DNA of 64,000 nt from Syncephalis fuscata S228 (lineage: Eukaryota > Fungi > Zoopagomycota). The position numbers and the translations under genes were made by a program. Numbering within the stretch: the stretch's first letter is position 1; every line of letters starts with the position of its first letter. Below, one piece after another: positions 12,283 to 26,729 of the stretch. Location: contig JAHLTZ010000029.1 in assembly GCA_025786725.1 (NCBI GenBank), positions 281,597 to 345,596 on the forward strand. Reading direction: 5' to 3'. The notes beneath the pieces are model-generated. The model did no database searches. It worked only from the letters and a program-made list of their open reading frames with translations, and had not been told where the DNA came from.

Positions 12283-15200
12283 TTACAAAATACCGTTCGA
12301 ATAGTATTGATAAGTGTCATAAAGACGGGTAAATACATTGCCGTAACTACTCATAATTAGCTTATCGACAAATTCCTCAGCTTGTGTTTCATTTAATGCG
12401 GTGACAGCGATCACGTAGAGCAGGGATAGTTGTTTCACTTGCTAAACAAGGCAACCGAGAATCTAAAAGTAATTATACGAGCTAATTAGCTGGTTAAATT
12501 AGTTTGTTAAAGATTTCTTACCTTTTTGCATCATTTCAATGAGTAAAATTAAATTGCCTACTGCTTTTCTGATAACCAAAAATGCCTTTTTTAATAATAT
12601 CTTAAATTCGGCAAACTTTTCTCCACTAACACCACCGAGAATATCAACATACTCTTGGGGCAGTTTAAAGGGTGCCATTTCAAACCCGACTGAACCTGGT
12701 GAATTGGATAGCATGAATCCAAAATCAATATCTAGATTGTTTATACAATTAATGTTGATATTATTACAAGTTATATTATACTTACGAATAATATGTCCAT
12801 CTTTGTCTAGTAGTACATTGCCATTGTGTCTAATAATAATAATAAATATTTAAATAGTTAAATAAATAAAATAACCACTTACCGATCTTTAAGTTGTAAA
12901 ATATAATTAACAACCGAATATCCAGCTAAACTACGCATAAAACAATCTTGAGCACGTCGGAATTCCTCGGTACTTGGATCGCCAAATTCCTATATTGTGT
13001 TAATTAATAGATTAATAAATATAATATCCACTTACTTGTACAAAATAGTCATAAAGTGTAAATACAAGACCTCGATGATTCAGGTTACGAGCATAGCCTT
13101 CTTTCTTTAGCGAATGAATAGAAACACTGTTTTTAATTGTTTCCATAAGACCAGATCCATTAGAAGTAACTAGAATACGATAGCTAATACACACATATCA
13201 ATAACAACAAAAGTATATATAGCTAGTAACTTACTATTTGACCCAAACGTCAACTTTTGCCTGTTGCCAGATACGTTGCATTTCTCGAATCAATTGTAAA
13301 GCAAATTGTTCTTGTCGTAAATCATCGCCTGTTTTAACAATGACCGACAATAGACGCCAATTTGGATGATGACCAAAAGGCGATGAAGCACGAATACGTG
13401 CTTGTTTCATTTCCCAACTTTCACGAAGGATAGCAGCTATATTATTGTTACATGGTATTAATTAGTATAATGAGTAGTTGTTACTTATTACTTATTACTT
13501 AATAATAATAATAATAATACTTACCACTAGGATCATTCTTATCACGTTTAACAACATTCATAAGATCGCGTTCATTTTCAATCATTTCTCCACCGCCACC
13601 TTCACCGCCTGATCCACTGGTGACGTGATTCATGCCTTCAGTGTTTAGTTTTTGTAAACGTTCCTCTTCTAAAGCCATCATTTCTCGAATAATACGTTCA
13701 CGGATCTCTTCAAGTTTGCCTTTGCCATTGACACTGGCTGTAGCACTTTTAGATGCACCAGCTCGTCGACCTGTACCTTCCCGTTTGCTTTGTTCGGCCA
13801 GTTGGGCCAACATCACGGCAGCAGTACGCATACGCTCTGAAAACTCATCGGTACCACCGGCATTGGATGTACGTCGAGCCAATACTGTGCTAAAGTAATC
13901 GCCATTAGCATTTGTGCTTGTGTTAAAATCGATATTCGGATCAGTTTCCACTCGAGCTAATGGTCGTTTAAATGAATCACGTCGTGATAATGTAACTGCA
14001 GCCGATGATTTACCGACTGATCCAAGAGCCACTGGTGCTGTTGCAGCACCTTGTAATGAATGGGATGGTGCAGAATTGGTACGTTGAATAAGTGGCCGTA
14101 TGCCATCAGCAGCTGTATGTGTCTCCTTAATCTCTGTCGAGGAGACATGTCGCTTTTCTAGTTTAACCGGCTGTTGTTGTGGCATATCTGATTCATCGCT
14201 TGAGCCGTCATCGGCCGTTTTAAGTAGTAATTCTGGCTGATAAAAGGGCATTTCATTTTCTTTTGACTGAGCCATTTCTTTAATCTTCTGTGATTTATAT
14301 AAAGCACCGCCAAATAGTTCATCTGTATCTTCATCATCTATATCAAGTGATGGTGATCGTTGCCAGGTTGACTCTTCTTCTAAATCGGTGCTTTCCCAAC
14401 GACCGAGTTGCTGTGGAGGCTGTTCATCTTCATCTTCATGTTCTTGTTCGAGTACTTCAACAAGTAGCAGGTATGGCACCTAATAGCCAGATTAATTAGC
14501 CTAACTACTATTAACATCAACAATGATTTACCTTTTCGGCAGAATTCAATACTACACAGTCTTGTAATGCTACTCGAACAACCTGGTGATGGTAAGGACG
14601 TTCTGCTGTTGCCGAACACCATAAAGGAATACAAACATCGGCAGGTAGATTATGGTTTAATAAAGTTAATTCAGCTTGTAATGCACTTTGTCGGGCAGGT
14701 CGGGCAGCGCTGCATAGTCGTTTTGAGATATCCACCAATGCCATCACAAATTGCATTTCAGAATGGAAATAATGAGAAGTCAATAAACGTTCACGTCGTT
14801 CTGGCTCTACGTCAGCAATGCCACTATCGCCTAGTTCACGTATCGAGCTGCTATCATCGGCTAGGCCATGATTTGAGCTATTGCTAGCTGTGGTATTTCT
14901 ACGACGACGGCGATGTCGTGCTTGGGTAGATGGACTAATACGAAATGAATCGGCCGCCTTTTCCATAAAACGACTTAGTGAGAATGCTTTACCACGATGC
15001 AATTCTTCAATAGTAGGTGAGTTTGTAGGAAATACACCAGATAAGCGTTTAAGAAAACGTTGTGAAATAATCGACTCTCTATCGCTTACACTAGCCCGTG
15101 GTGACATATCGCCTTGATCTGTATTATCATTAAGTGTACTATCTCCACCATTGTCGTTGTCACCTTCGTCGTCGTCGTCGTCGTCGTCTTCCTCTTCGTC

Positions 15201-16068
15201 ATCTTCTTCATCGTCAAAGTCAAGCTCGTCAAATTCAACAGAGCCATACATTGTACCTGAACGCGAGCGAGTATCGTCATTTCGGCCATCACCATTGCTG
15301 CCTTTCTCACTTGGTGTAGCACTATTGTTATGTGTATTGTTTACGCTATTATTACTCGCTTTAACAGCTTTTGCATCAGCTGCAGCGGCAATTGCTCGTG
15401 CCTTTTCTGGATCTTTATAGCTACATACTTTACGGCCTTGCACAACAGCCATTTGTCCAGCCGGTGCCAGCATTAACGGTGCCGCCACTGCAGCCATTAC
15501 ACAGGCAATACCAATGTAGGCTGGCGGAATATTTTCACGTACTCGATTTCGTCGTCGTTGTATTTCCTCCGATTGCTCATCGGCAAATAATATATTACGA
15601 ACTCTATGATATACACGACGGCAGATACGATACGATTTACTAAATGGTTTACTGGCCAAATCGGCTCGGTAAGCTTGAAGATACCAAAATGTCTAATAAA
15701 TGCAATCATCATTTGTTAACAACTACATGCATCGTGTTCAATCTACCATACCAGAATAGCAATATGCGTTGATCTTTGGCACTGATCTAGTACAAATGTT
15801 TCCAAGGCCACCGACTCCGTCGGCTGACTAATAAGTAGATGGCTACTCGCGGCTTCTATTAGCGATAAACGCGTAGTAGCCACCATCATACTTACCAAAA
15901 TTGCGGCAAAAAGAATTCAATTTCATTGAGCGGGAACTTGCTTAGTTCATTGCAAAGATAGTGCTGGATACCGATGTTGTCCGGATAGTGGAAGAGATAC
16001 GAGACGGCAAGCCAGGAATTAAAGTATTCCGAGTTGAATAAGCGTAGTAAAAGCTGGTGGCTCGACAT
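12283..16068 (-). CDS. PIK1: Phosphatidylinositol 4-kinase type III-beta (Pik1)
   Basis: N-terminal LLLRLFNSEYF, VVLNSAEK/VPYLLLVEVL, VIVKTGDDLRQE, LQLKDRHNGN, HIDFGFML, and C-terminal YDTYQYYSNGIL*. Confidence 0.95.
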
Positions 16069-16985
16069 GACGTCAACAAAGATGAGCTGTCAACAGGTAG
16101 TAGTAGTCAACAAAAGCCGCAGCACTGATAAAAAAGATACGACCGCGGGCAAGTCCAGCGCGATCCGCGACAAAGTTTATACAGAAGGCAAGTGACGCGC
16201 AATAAGCAGTGGTGGTGGAAATAGGAGCCGTTGAGTTATTGAGTGTGGTAGATAAGAAAGGAAAAATAATACGAGAATGGATACTCCGATACAAACTACA
16301 ACCGGTATTCCTACATCAATTAAATGCCTCATAGGATTTAAGTTATAGGCCATTGATTAGTTGCATTGAAGTAAAAAGCATTATTGATAACACCAATAGT
16401 ATATCTATAGATACTAATCAAACTATTTTAATTAACATTATCAAACGACTAACAAACATGTATGAGATAGAAATGGACACGTGGATTGTGGTGTGTAGAT
16501 TGGTGAGTCTACAGAGTACAAGGCGCTGATTGGTTCGAAGGCCGTCCTCATCCACGAATAGCCGTTGGACACGATCCGTAACTTGCTAATTGACTGACTT
16601 GACTGACTGACCAGCTCGACTCTCACATTGACTCCTGAGATTAGTACTATAATAATAATAGTAGTTGCTACATGACCATTGTTTATTCATCGGTTAATAC
16701 ACTCCTTGTTTGTGTGTTTAATAAGCTGCGTTTTTCTCCTTCTTTTCCCAGTTCTGTCTTTTTCTTTACACACTCACTCTTTCTCATTGCTGCACACATC
16801 CATCAACGCACACCTACTTACTGGTTCCATCCGTCCTTTTCTGTTGTTAACAACTAGGCCGTCTTTCGTTTAATCCATCTACTGGTAAGTACTAGTGGTA
16901 TAGAGTACAGATGCTTCTCATCTTACTGTAGCCATATACGACTGTATATACCGACTAACTATTGTTCTATTAAAGAAATCTATAG

Positions 16986-17661
<676 letters not shown>

Positions 17662-18040
17662 ATTGCTTTCCTTTCTATGATTGATTGTCATCATTGGATG
17701 GTCATTAACAAGATTTGTCAAGTACTTACAAACAACAATGTCCTATTTCCTTATTTTCGAATTAATTTCATTCTCGCTTGCTGGTCCATGCTCTGTTTCT
17801 ACTTCCTTGCATAATGTTTCTATTGTTGCTTGTACATCAAGCTAATCGAGTTGTTGGTTGAAAAAGTTAAAGGAATTACGTCAAAGTCGTATCAGTAAAT
17901 AATTGAATGAATATCAAACTAGCAAGCCATTTATTAATGTATTGTTATTATTGTGTTGTAAATAGTCCATTAGTATTCAAAGATATTTTAATAATTTAGA
18001 ATTTTAAATTTACTTTTTCAAGACATTCAAGGTACAAAAT

Positions 18041-18499
18041 CTAACTATTACTATTTGCATCTAATGATGCGTGTGTTGGTAACGTGGCGCGGGAAACATA
18101 TCGTGGCAAAGTAGCTGTTGTGGCGTTTGAAGTACCATCTTCAAATGGTAATACTTCAACGGCGACCCGTCCTTTTGGCAATGGATCGGAAGGATGCGGT
18201 ATTGGCCGATCTGTGTTTATAGTTGTATCTACCTGTCCATCCGCCGCAGTGGTAGCAGTAGTAGCAGCACTAGTATTCAGTTTAATTAAAGTGATAGGTC
18301 CACGACCCATGGCACTTTCTCGGCTTATTGCTTGTTCTGTTGTTATCGATAGCGGCTGTTCGTCATCGTTACGCGTTCGTTCAATTGCCGGACAAGGAAA
18401 TACCGCAGGTGCTGCTACCGTTGCAACAGCACCAGCACCTAGTAGCCAGAATAAGGAGCCGGTTATTTGATGTCGCTGGGCAGCTGTAAACGAACGCAT
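18041..18499 (-). CDS. COA2: Putative cytochrome c oxidase assembly factor Coa2-like protein
   Basis: MRS...SLFWLLGAGAVATVAAPAVFPCPA resembles the Coa2 hydrophobic segment plus (L/F)PCPA motif. It carries a long low-complexity C-terminal extension. Confidence 0.55.
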   Translation of the reverse strand: MRSFTAAQRHQITGSLFWLLGAGAVATVAAPAVFPCPAIERTRNDDEQPLSITTEQAISRESAMGRGPITLIKLNTSAATTATTAADGQVDTTINTDRPIPHPSDPLPKGRVAVEVLPFEDGTSNATTATLPRYVSRATLPTHASLDANSNS

Positions 18500-19028
18500 G
18501 ATAGGTGTGGCACGCGATCGATTCGTAATGAATAACAACAACAGCCGCAACAATAGAAAGAAGGGGCGGTCAAGGCTCTACTAGTGATGAATCTCCCTTA
18601 ATAGCAAGTGACCAATATTGGAATCTACGCGCGCATACGCACTTCAACCAACGGTATACAGAGTCACGAGTGGTCAAATAAAAGTGGAAAAGGGGAATAA
18701 TAGTGAAAAATCGCTCATTACCCTCAGTCAAAGTGAGAAAGAGAGAGCTGAGAGCTGAGTTTAAAAGTAGCCTTGATTGAATTACGATCAAACTAGATCC
18801 AAATCATTGTAATCATTCAATCCTTTCCTGACACAATTAACCATGCAGAGGCTGATTCTTGTTACACATTCTTAAAGCATTGAAAATGCCTTGGCTTTTC
18901 CATGGTAAGAAGCGGCGAAATAATAATAACAGTGTTAGTAGCAACAGTAACAGTATTTGTTTCCTTTTCTCCAGTCTTTTATTTGATTTACTTTCTTTTT
19001 TTACACTTGCATTAGCGTTTAATACAGC

Positions 19029-20728
19029 ATGTCTACTCCAGTCAGCAATTCTATTACTAATGAAAACACCACATCCAATATACGACTTACGCCAAAAGAG
19101 TTTTTTCTAGGTACGTGTCGTTATGAGATGCTTGCACCTGGCTCATCTATTATGAATTCCCACTTCTGATGATTAGAATTGGAACAACGAGCGACCCAAC
19201 TAGCCGACCTTCCGCCCAACATTGAAGAAGGTGCAATTAAGGCACTCGACCATCTTATGGACTTTGCCGAGCAGTATGAAGGTAATGGGTTAAATTGTTT
19301 AATAGTTACTTTGTATTTATATGGTTGTATATTTAGATGAATGGTTCGAAAATAAAGAATCACGGGCCTATGTAGCGTATTTAATATTAACATCATCAGC
19401 ATTTTACGACGAAAATATTCGTAATAGTACGTGTCAGCTGTTATTTGAAGCAGCGACTGAATTGGATGAAATTAATACGGTAATCTAATAGAATCTATTT
19501 ATTTATATTTATATTTATATTTATATTTATTATATGTTTAACAATCTGTAGGGAAAGTTACCTGCCAAGCGTGTATTATTAGTTAACGAATTACTTTTGG
19601 TGATTATTCGTTCACGGCATGAAGTACTAGAAATTGATCAATTTGCCGAGCCATTTTCGCTAGATATGCGAATAAAAAAGAACCAGTTGTTTTTAATATC
19701 TGCTTGTTTAACGATGCTTCGATGCGGATGGCAATGTAATTAACATAATAATCATTATAATACCATATATATAATACATATAACTAATTAATACTAATAA
19801 TAGCTATACCACGCCTATTAACTGTCATTATCAATTTAATTTATGAATTTTGCCAATTAGATAGGCTTGATGAAGAAGTACTGGGTAAATATTTAATATA
19901 GTATTATTAGTAATAACAATTAGCTGATTCTATTGATTAGATGCAATCTTGATCAATGGCTTATTAGATATAGTAGACTCAACGTGTTATGACCAAAACG
20001 ATGAAATCACTAATGCTGCTATTTATTTGCTAGTAAGTCACGCTAGTTAATTAAAGATTAATATGATAGCCATCTAATAATAACATTATATAATACGTTT
20101 ACTAGGTAGCAATTCATCATTTATTTATTAAACGGGACCGAACTCGCCTTGGTATCATATCAGATAATAATATTCTTGCCGAATTGACCCGTCGACCGGA
20201 ATCAAGTCGAACATTTGGCGAGTGTTTTGTATTTTTACTAAATCGAGAAGGTAGGCTATACGTAACATCTATATAGCTGTAGTATCTTATTTGACTTGCT
20301 AGATAATATTACAATGAAGTTAATGTGTTTTGAATTCTTGTGGAGTATTTTCTTATCTCCTCCGCTATCGAATTATTTTTATGATAATGATCGTAATGTA
20401 CTAGTAGATATATTAATGCAGAATATTGCTGATCTTGGAGATGGCACAGAAAAGGTAATATATCTACTAGTTATATTGAAAAGAATAATGGCTAATAGGT
20501 AGTAAACAGGTGCGTAGACTATGTCTAGAAACATTAGGTGTCCTTGTATGTTATACAAACTATCGTCATCGACCGCATAAGTTAAGCCAGGTTCGACGAT
20601 TATTACGCGAACTACTGAATACAGGCAATGCCAGTAATGATTTCCACGTACTAGCTCGAAAAGTAATGAATGACTGTACGGAGGCACTAGCCGAAGCAAG
20701 CAAGCAAGATGATTATATTTGCAATTAA
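19029..20728 (+). CDS. LDB17: SPIN90/Ldb17/Dip1 family Arp2/3 activator (DUF2013), multi-exon
   Basis: TFGECFVFLLNRE and YFYDNDRNVLVDILMQNIADL motifs; the exons join in frame from ATG 19029. Confidence 0.8.
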
Positions 20729-20871
20729 TTATTCTTAATCTTTTATACCTCTATTTGTATTGCCCCTCTTACTGCTATATTTATATTATATTTTATATTT
20801 TATACTTTATATTTTATATAATTGATTAAACGCATTAGCATAAATAGATAATTATATAATGGGGTTTAGCT

Positions 20872-21267
20872 TCATTCATCGGCATCATCAAATGCTTCCA
20901 TAGTCTCTGAGATCAATGTAAGCGACTCGAGAAAACTATTAATGGATACGCGTAGTGTTTTTAGTTCACAGGATATAAATCGACTAAATTCAATGCTTAT
21001 TAAATAGAAATATATTTGAACCAAAACTTACGCTTCCAAAGTGCCCGTTGCTTCGTTAACCGTTAATTCTCGCGTTAGAATTTCTTTACGAGGTTCACGA
21101 TTAGGCTCAATAGCCCGTTTGGCAATAATAGCCAATCGTGTATTGGGAAATGGAATACTTAGATTGCTAAGAGAGAAATAAATAGGGCATATATGTATAT
21201 AGCGCGTGTGTATTAAGTAACTAATAAGCAGTTTATTTAAACCATCAACTTACATAATATGGTCCAT
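20872..21267 (-). CDS. PCC1: KEOPS/EKC complex subunit Pcc1 (LAGE3), 3 exons; not in the ORF track
   Basis: MDHIINLSIPFPNTRLAIIAKRAIEPNREPR...LKTLRVSINSFLESLTLISETMEAF. Confidence 0.85.
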
Positions 21268-21322
21268 AATGAAGGAATAGAACAAGTACAAAAAGTAAGA
21301 ATGTAAAAGTAAAACTTACAAA

Positions 21323-21431
21323 GTGAGTAAGTAATGACTGAGTGACTGAGTGATTAATTCATTCATTGATCAAATAAGTGAGTGAGTTAGTGAATGAGTG
21401 AATGAGTGAGTGAGTTAGTGTGAGTGAGTTG
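21323..21431. repeat. Degenerate (GAGT/GAAT)n array in the divergent PCC1/SBA1 promoter
   Basis: GTGAGTGAGTTAGTGAATGAGTGAATGAGTGAGTGAGTTAG is seen directly. Confidence 0.7.
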
Positions 21432-21656
21432 ACGTGTCAATAGTATGGAATTCATTAGAACACAGTAGAACGCGTGTCATCATCATTAATAGAACACATC
21501 ATCATAAACACACACACACACACAACAAAACACATCCAATAGTTTTTCTACAGTGAGTACACTTTTCTGCCTTACGGTTTTCTTTTTCTTTTGTTTAGTA
21601 CGTCAATTTCGTAAACACTTATTGAGATCTAACGCTTATTTACATACTTGATCACC

Positions 21657-22308
21657 ATGACTTCCGCGTAAGTTATCATATCTTTAATACGTTTAAATAA
21701 TAGCAACAATGTTTAACACGATTACTATACCTGTAGTGTTCGCCACCCTGAGGTTCTATGGGCTCAACGTACCGAGACGCTATTGATTACCATCAACTTG
21801 CGCGACATTAAGAACGAAACCGTCGAACTATTGCCCAATCGCATCACTTTCAAAGGTGAATCGGATGGTGAAAAATATGCATTTGATATTGAATTGTACG
21901 CCGAGGTAGTGCCAGAGGTAAGTTAATCACTAACCAGTCAATCAAATGCAGTTTAAATAATAAATATATGCCATTGATCATGTAGGAATCGAAGCAGGCT
22001 AAAACCGACTTCAGATTGGCCATGATTGTTAAAAAGAAGGACGAGGATCAGCCATACTGGCCACGCTTGCAAAAGGAAAAGACGAAGCTTGCCTTTTTAC
22101 GTACCGACTTTAATCAGTGGCGCGATGAAGACGAGCAAGATGAGCAGCCAGAAGCTAATGCTGGTATACAAGGAGGATTCCAGGCATGGAAGGCATGGAC
22201 TTTTCACAATTTGCTGGTGCAGGCGGTGATATGAACTTTGATGCTATGATGGGAGGCGGTGAAGAAGACGACGAGGAAGACAACGAGGAAGCGAATGCTG
22301 CATCATAA
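21657..22308 (+). CDS. SBA1: Hsp90 co-chaperone p23 (Sba1/Wos2)
   Basis: HPEVLWAQR, YWPRLQKEKTKLAFLRTDFNQWRDEDE and a GM-rich acidic tail; frameshift near 22181. Confidence 0.93.
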
Positions 22309-24131
22309 GCTGGAAATACTAGCACGTAAATAATAAACAACTGATTATTAATCATTGTACGTCTATTGTATACAACCATTAATGCAAATGGTAGAATATG
22401 CATGCCCATCTAAATGGTAACCACCGCATGTTGTAATTCGATGGTCTATTCAATCATCACGCCATGGGTAGATTGATTATTCGCGTGTATTGTTTAATAA
22501 AGCTCAGTCTATTACCATGACATTGTTTGATATATGACGTCAAGCGTCGGTGCACACTACCATGTGGAAAAAAGTGGTGGTTAATGGGGTGAAATGTTCG
22601 TTTGTAAGCACGATTACTGCAAGCATGTACATATCAACACGTGTAGTTTCATGCGGAGGATGAAGTACCAATCAATGAACCTGTAAAAACCTCGTGCCCG
22701 TTTCAAACAATAAGGAAAGTGCCGTTGGCCGTATCGCGAATAAGCTAGTTAGTATGCTAGCTAACTTCTGCGGAGAAGATAGGCTGTTACCACTGCTGTT
22801 TCTACTGCTTCAGCTATTCATAGCAAATAACGCAGGCCATAGCGCGTGAACACCGTTTACACAGCAACAATAGCGACCCTCAAAGCTGTAACCGGCACCC
22901 TTCTGGATCTGCCCCGTTCGATTTGACATTAGCTGTAACTGTGCTTGCACGATCGTCTGGTTTAGTAAAGAGATAGACTCAAACAGGATTATCAAGCCTT
23001 GACTTGCGTGTTTATTCGCTCGTAGTATAGCTCGGGATTCGTCTTAAAACATAGTGCCAATTCTATTTGACTTGGCCGGATAATTAGCTGAGGGCATAGT
23101 AGCCAAAAGTCAAGAGATTAGGAGAGATGGCCGGGGTATCTTAGATAGTGTTTTATTAAATGATACTATCCGACATGAATAGATGCTTAAAGGTCGAGGC
23201 CATATGTTTCATGAAAAGTCCTTCTATTAAGTTCAAGGAAATGATCATCAAACGTGTCTATTTACAGACGTGTTATTATTGATAAAAATAGTTTATAATT
23301 AATAGATGTCATCAATATTACACCACTTTAAAGCATCTCTATTATATTCAAAATAATAGGCAAAATCCAATGCCGCATGCGTTGTTCAAAGCTGCATATT
23401 CTTGTTTCTATTGCTATTGTTGCTGCAAGAGACAATTGCCGCCATCCTTGCTGGCCGCTGCAATACACGGTAATCCCAAGGCCGTGATTCGAAAGAAACG
23501 TCACCTTAGAGAAAACCTGTGTTCACCTTGCCCACCATGCTCACCCGATATGCAAGCAAAGGCGGAGTTATAGAACAGAAAACTGTGTATGGATGTGGGT
23601 ATGTGTGACGACAACGACAGTATAGAGGTCGAAAAAGAGCGAAAGAATGAGCAAGTAAACGTGTAGGGATGTGAGTACAATCAGAATCGTCTTTATTTAG
23701 CGGTGCCTTATTACATGGCATAAAGGTTGGCATATCGACGATATTGCTGTAATTATTAGCGTTGATGACACGATGCCAATCATGTAGACATGATCAGTGC
23801 TGCTGCTGCTGCTGCTGCTGCTGTTATTGTTGTTGTTACTGTTACTGTTACTAATACAACAGCTGATGCTGCCCCTTAATTCCTCCTCATTTGTTAGACT
23901 AGGTTCTCTGACACGCGTGGACCCGATGGCTATGTGACTATGTGACTATGGATGTGGAGGAGCATGGATGTGCGCGCAAGGCGTCATTGACCGCCACATG
24001 GACCTGAGAACGACACGACAAGCAAAAGCCAAGATAGAGATAGAGAGAGCCGTACGAAAAAGGTAAGAACAATAGAGCCAAGAAACCATCCGTGCCATGT
24101 TGTCGCGTTGCTGACAGTCTATCCTGCAGAT

Positions 24132-25247
24132 GACCGGCCTTTTCCTTTTTCTTACCGTGCTGTTGCTATAGCCATCCAGTTTGCGCGGTTCTAGTCTTTG
24201 TCGTTGCGTTGTCGTCGTCACTATCGTAATAGCCATAATAATAATCTCGTTCTCAACATCGCCATTTTCGTTTATTATACCATTGAATTATTACACGCCC
24301 ACTTTTTACACTTGCTTACTCGTTCACACCTTGCACCTACACTCACCCACTTTTACACTCACTTTTACACTCACACTCACTTTTACACTCACTTCTTCAC
24401 TCAAGATTCTTTTCATCATTTGCCGTTTTCATTTTTTGCTCTGCGCCTTCCGTTGACAGCTTGCGTTGAAGATACACACTTTTTTCTCGTCTTCGTTTTC
24501 ATCTTCACTCTCACTTTCACTCTCTATATACACACAATTGACAGGTTTGCATTGTCAGGGATACAACAGCTAGCAGTATTGTTGCTTACTACACTTCACT
24601 CTATTATACTACATTCTACTTTAGTACACTTCTTTTATTCAGTACCGCCACTATTAGAGCACTTTTGTTGTGCTATTGCGCCATCATTGTCATAACTACC
24701 GCTACTATTACTCGTACTGCTACTGCTAATACTACTGCTACTACTATTACTACTACAAGGCGACTTCCCCTGCTACCTACTACTTAGTAATACTATTACC
24801 GCTGCTGCTATTCTTTACAAGCAAGACTATTACTGCCTTTGTCATTGCGTTTTCAACAAGCTGTCACACTACACTACACTACACACTTCATTGACTTTAT
24901 TATTCGACACGCCTCACACTCTACGCTACGCATTCCGACTACACATCATCCATATACAAGTACCATTAACACCACTAAAGAAGCAATAATAGCTACTATC
25001 GCCGCACTATTACTATTACTACTACTACCACTGCTACTATTCGTGGCTATACTATTGCCGAACCATTGAAGAATCGTTACTATTAATTCTACTGTTACAC
25101 TGCAACTGTTACTACGTCTAGTACTTTATTCATCGTAATTATTTTATTTTACTATTTGCTATAGACCGGTTATTTTGAGTTGTTTCCTACGTAGTTAGTT
25201 CATTTTGCAACTATCATTGCTGCGTCAACTACACCACAAGTTTTCTG
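24132..25247 (+). promoter_or_regulatory. Putative long ATG-free 5' leader exon of the bZIP gene, ending at donor G|GTAAGT (25248)
   Basis: No ATG on the + strand between ~24132 and 25247. C/T-skewed, with CACTTTTACACT repeats; ATGs become frequent immediately after the donor. Confidence 0.55.
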
Positions 25248-26372
25248 GTAAGTACACTATAGATAGTATGATAAGCATTGTAGATGATGCTCGGCATCTA
25301 CGTGTGCGCCTACGTGTGCGTGTGTGTGCGCGTGTGAATGTGAGCGTGCGTGTATGTATGTATGTACATATTTAGTATGTACGATGTATGTATGCGTGAT
25401 GTAGATGAATGAACGAATTGTGATGTGTATATATTTGTGTGTATTTGTGTGTCCATATAGATGTGACATACTGTTATAATGTGATGGCATAGTGTGATAT
25501 CACTCCATTGATACAATAATGGCCATAAACAGTAAAAGGATGTGTAGTAAGAGTGTTTATTAATTAGCACATGACTGACATGTTAATTTCAATCCCCGCT
25601 ATTCTATACAATTGTTATCTACAATGGACAACAATGCATTGGTGGTGGAGAATGAAACTGGCATGCTAGTCATGTGCTAATTACCAAAAATAATCTTTCT
25701 ATTAGCCGGCCTTATTTTTAACTGTAAATATTCTGTCACAGTAATACCATTGACTATTTAAATGATTGGCTTTTCGCTCCATTTTATTCAGTGATCAATA
25801 CAATTGATATATTAGGATAAAATATGTTTATGGTTACTCTTTATTAGTGTTTGACATATGGATGCTAGTGACGACATCATTGACGTTGCTGTTGCCATTG
25901 AGTATTTCATGTGACCACCATCGCGTCATGAATGGATAGGTTGTGGCCATTGTGTTCTTTCATTGTATGTTTGCTTTCCTCTTCTTCCCTTCTATCATTG
26001 CCTGGCCTTGCCTCGTGCAACCGCCAAGTATAGAATACGATTGCTTCACGGCTACATCGTTTCTCTCCGATCGCATCATCTGTTCTCATTTTCTAAATGC
26101 AACTACTGCACATTCTCTAGCATGGTAAACACCGACCATGACGAGTGTCGTGATGGCGCGGTCTTAATATACGTGTGTACGTATGTGGATATAGTTGTAG
26201 ATAAGCGTGAGTATAGGAATGGCGGTTATGCATACACGTGTGATTTGTATGATTTGTGGGAACTAGAATGTGACTTTTCTGGTATTTTTTTCTATTTTTT
26301 TTTCATGCCCAGCCTTTTGTAACCGGCACACACACACAAACAGCCTTTCAGCTGTATTGCACGTAGACAGGC

Positions 26373-26380
26373 TGACGTCA
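26373..26380. promoter_or_regulatory. CRE palindrome TGACGTCA upstream of the CREB/ATF-like bZIP gene (second site at 22535-22542)
   Basis: Exact 8-bp palindrome seen directly; function is inferred. Confidence 0.45.
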
Positions 26381-26729
26381 CGTCCTTTGTAGCAATTTAT
26401 CTCCTGGTTTTTCTTTTTATTCTTCAGACTGCCTTTTCTTCATCGCCGTCGGCATACTACTATTTTTCTTGACTAATCTTTAGCATTGTACGTCTCATCA
26501 TTATTATACGACGAACGTCAATCTATGCTGTCAACGAGTGGTGTGCATATACCCACTATTCATCTGCACTACACTTTTCTTATTCGTACAATTTGTTACT
26601 TGCTACACTGAGCTAAATCACAATTACTAACAACTATTTGTGTCTGTTGTACTCCTATTACTATTGCCAAATAGTTTAGGCTATTTTCTTTTCTTTTCGG
26701 CCATTTCAACGTTTATTTGCTATACTGTT

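Noticed and set aside
16490-16550. tRNA-like GGTTCGA motif
   Set aside because: No cloverleaf stems or matching A-box could be built; the motif lies in the PIK1/ARF1 promoter.
22400-26400. Many 60-165 aa ORFs upstream of the bZIP gene
   Set aside because: Low-complexity, many with non-ATG starts and no recognisable motifs; better explained as promoter, leader and intron.
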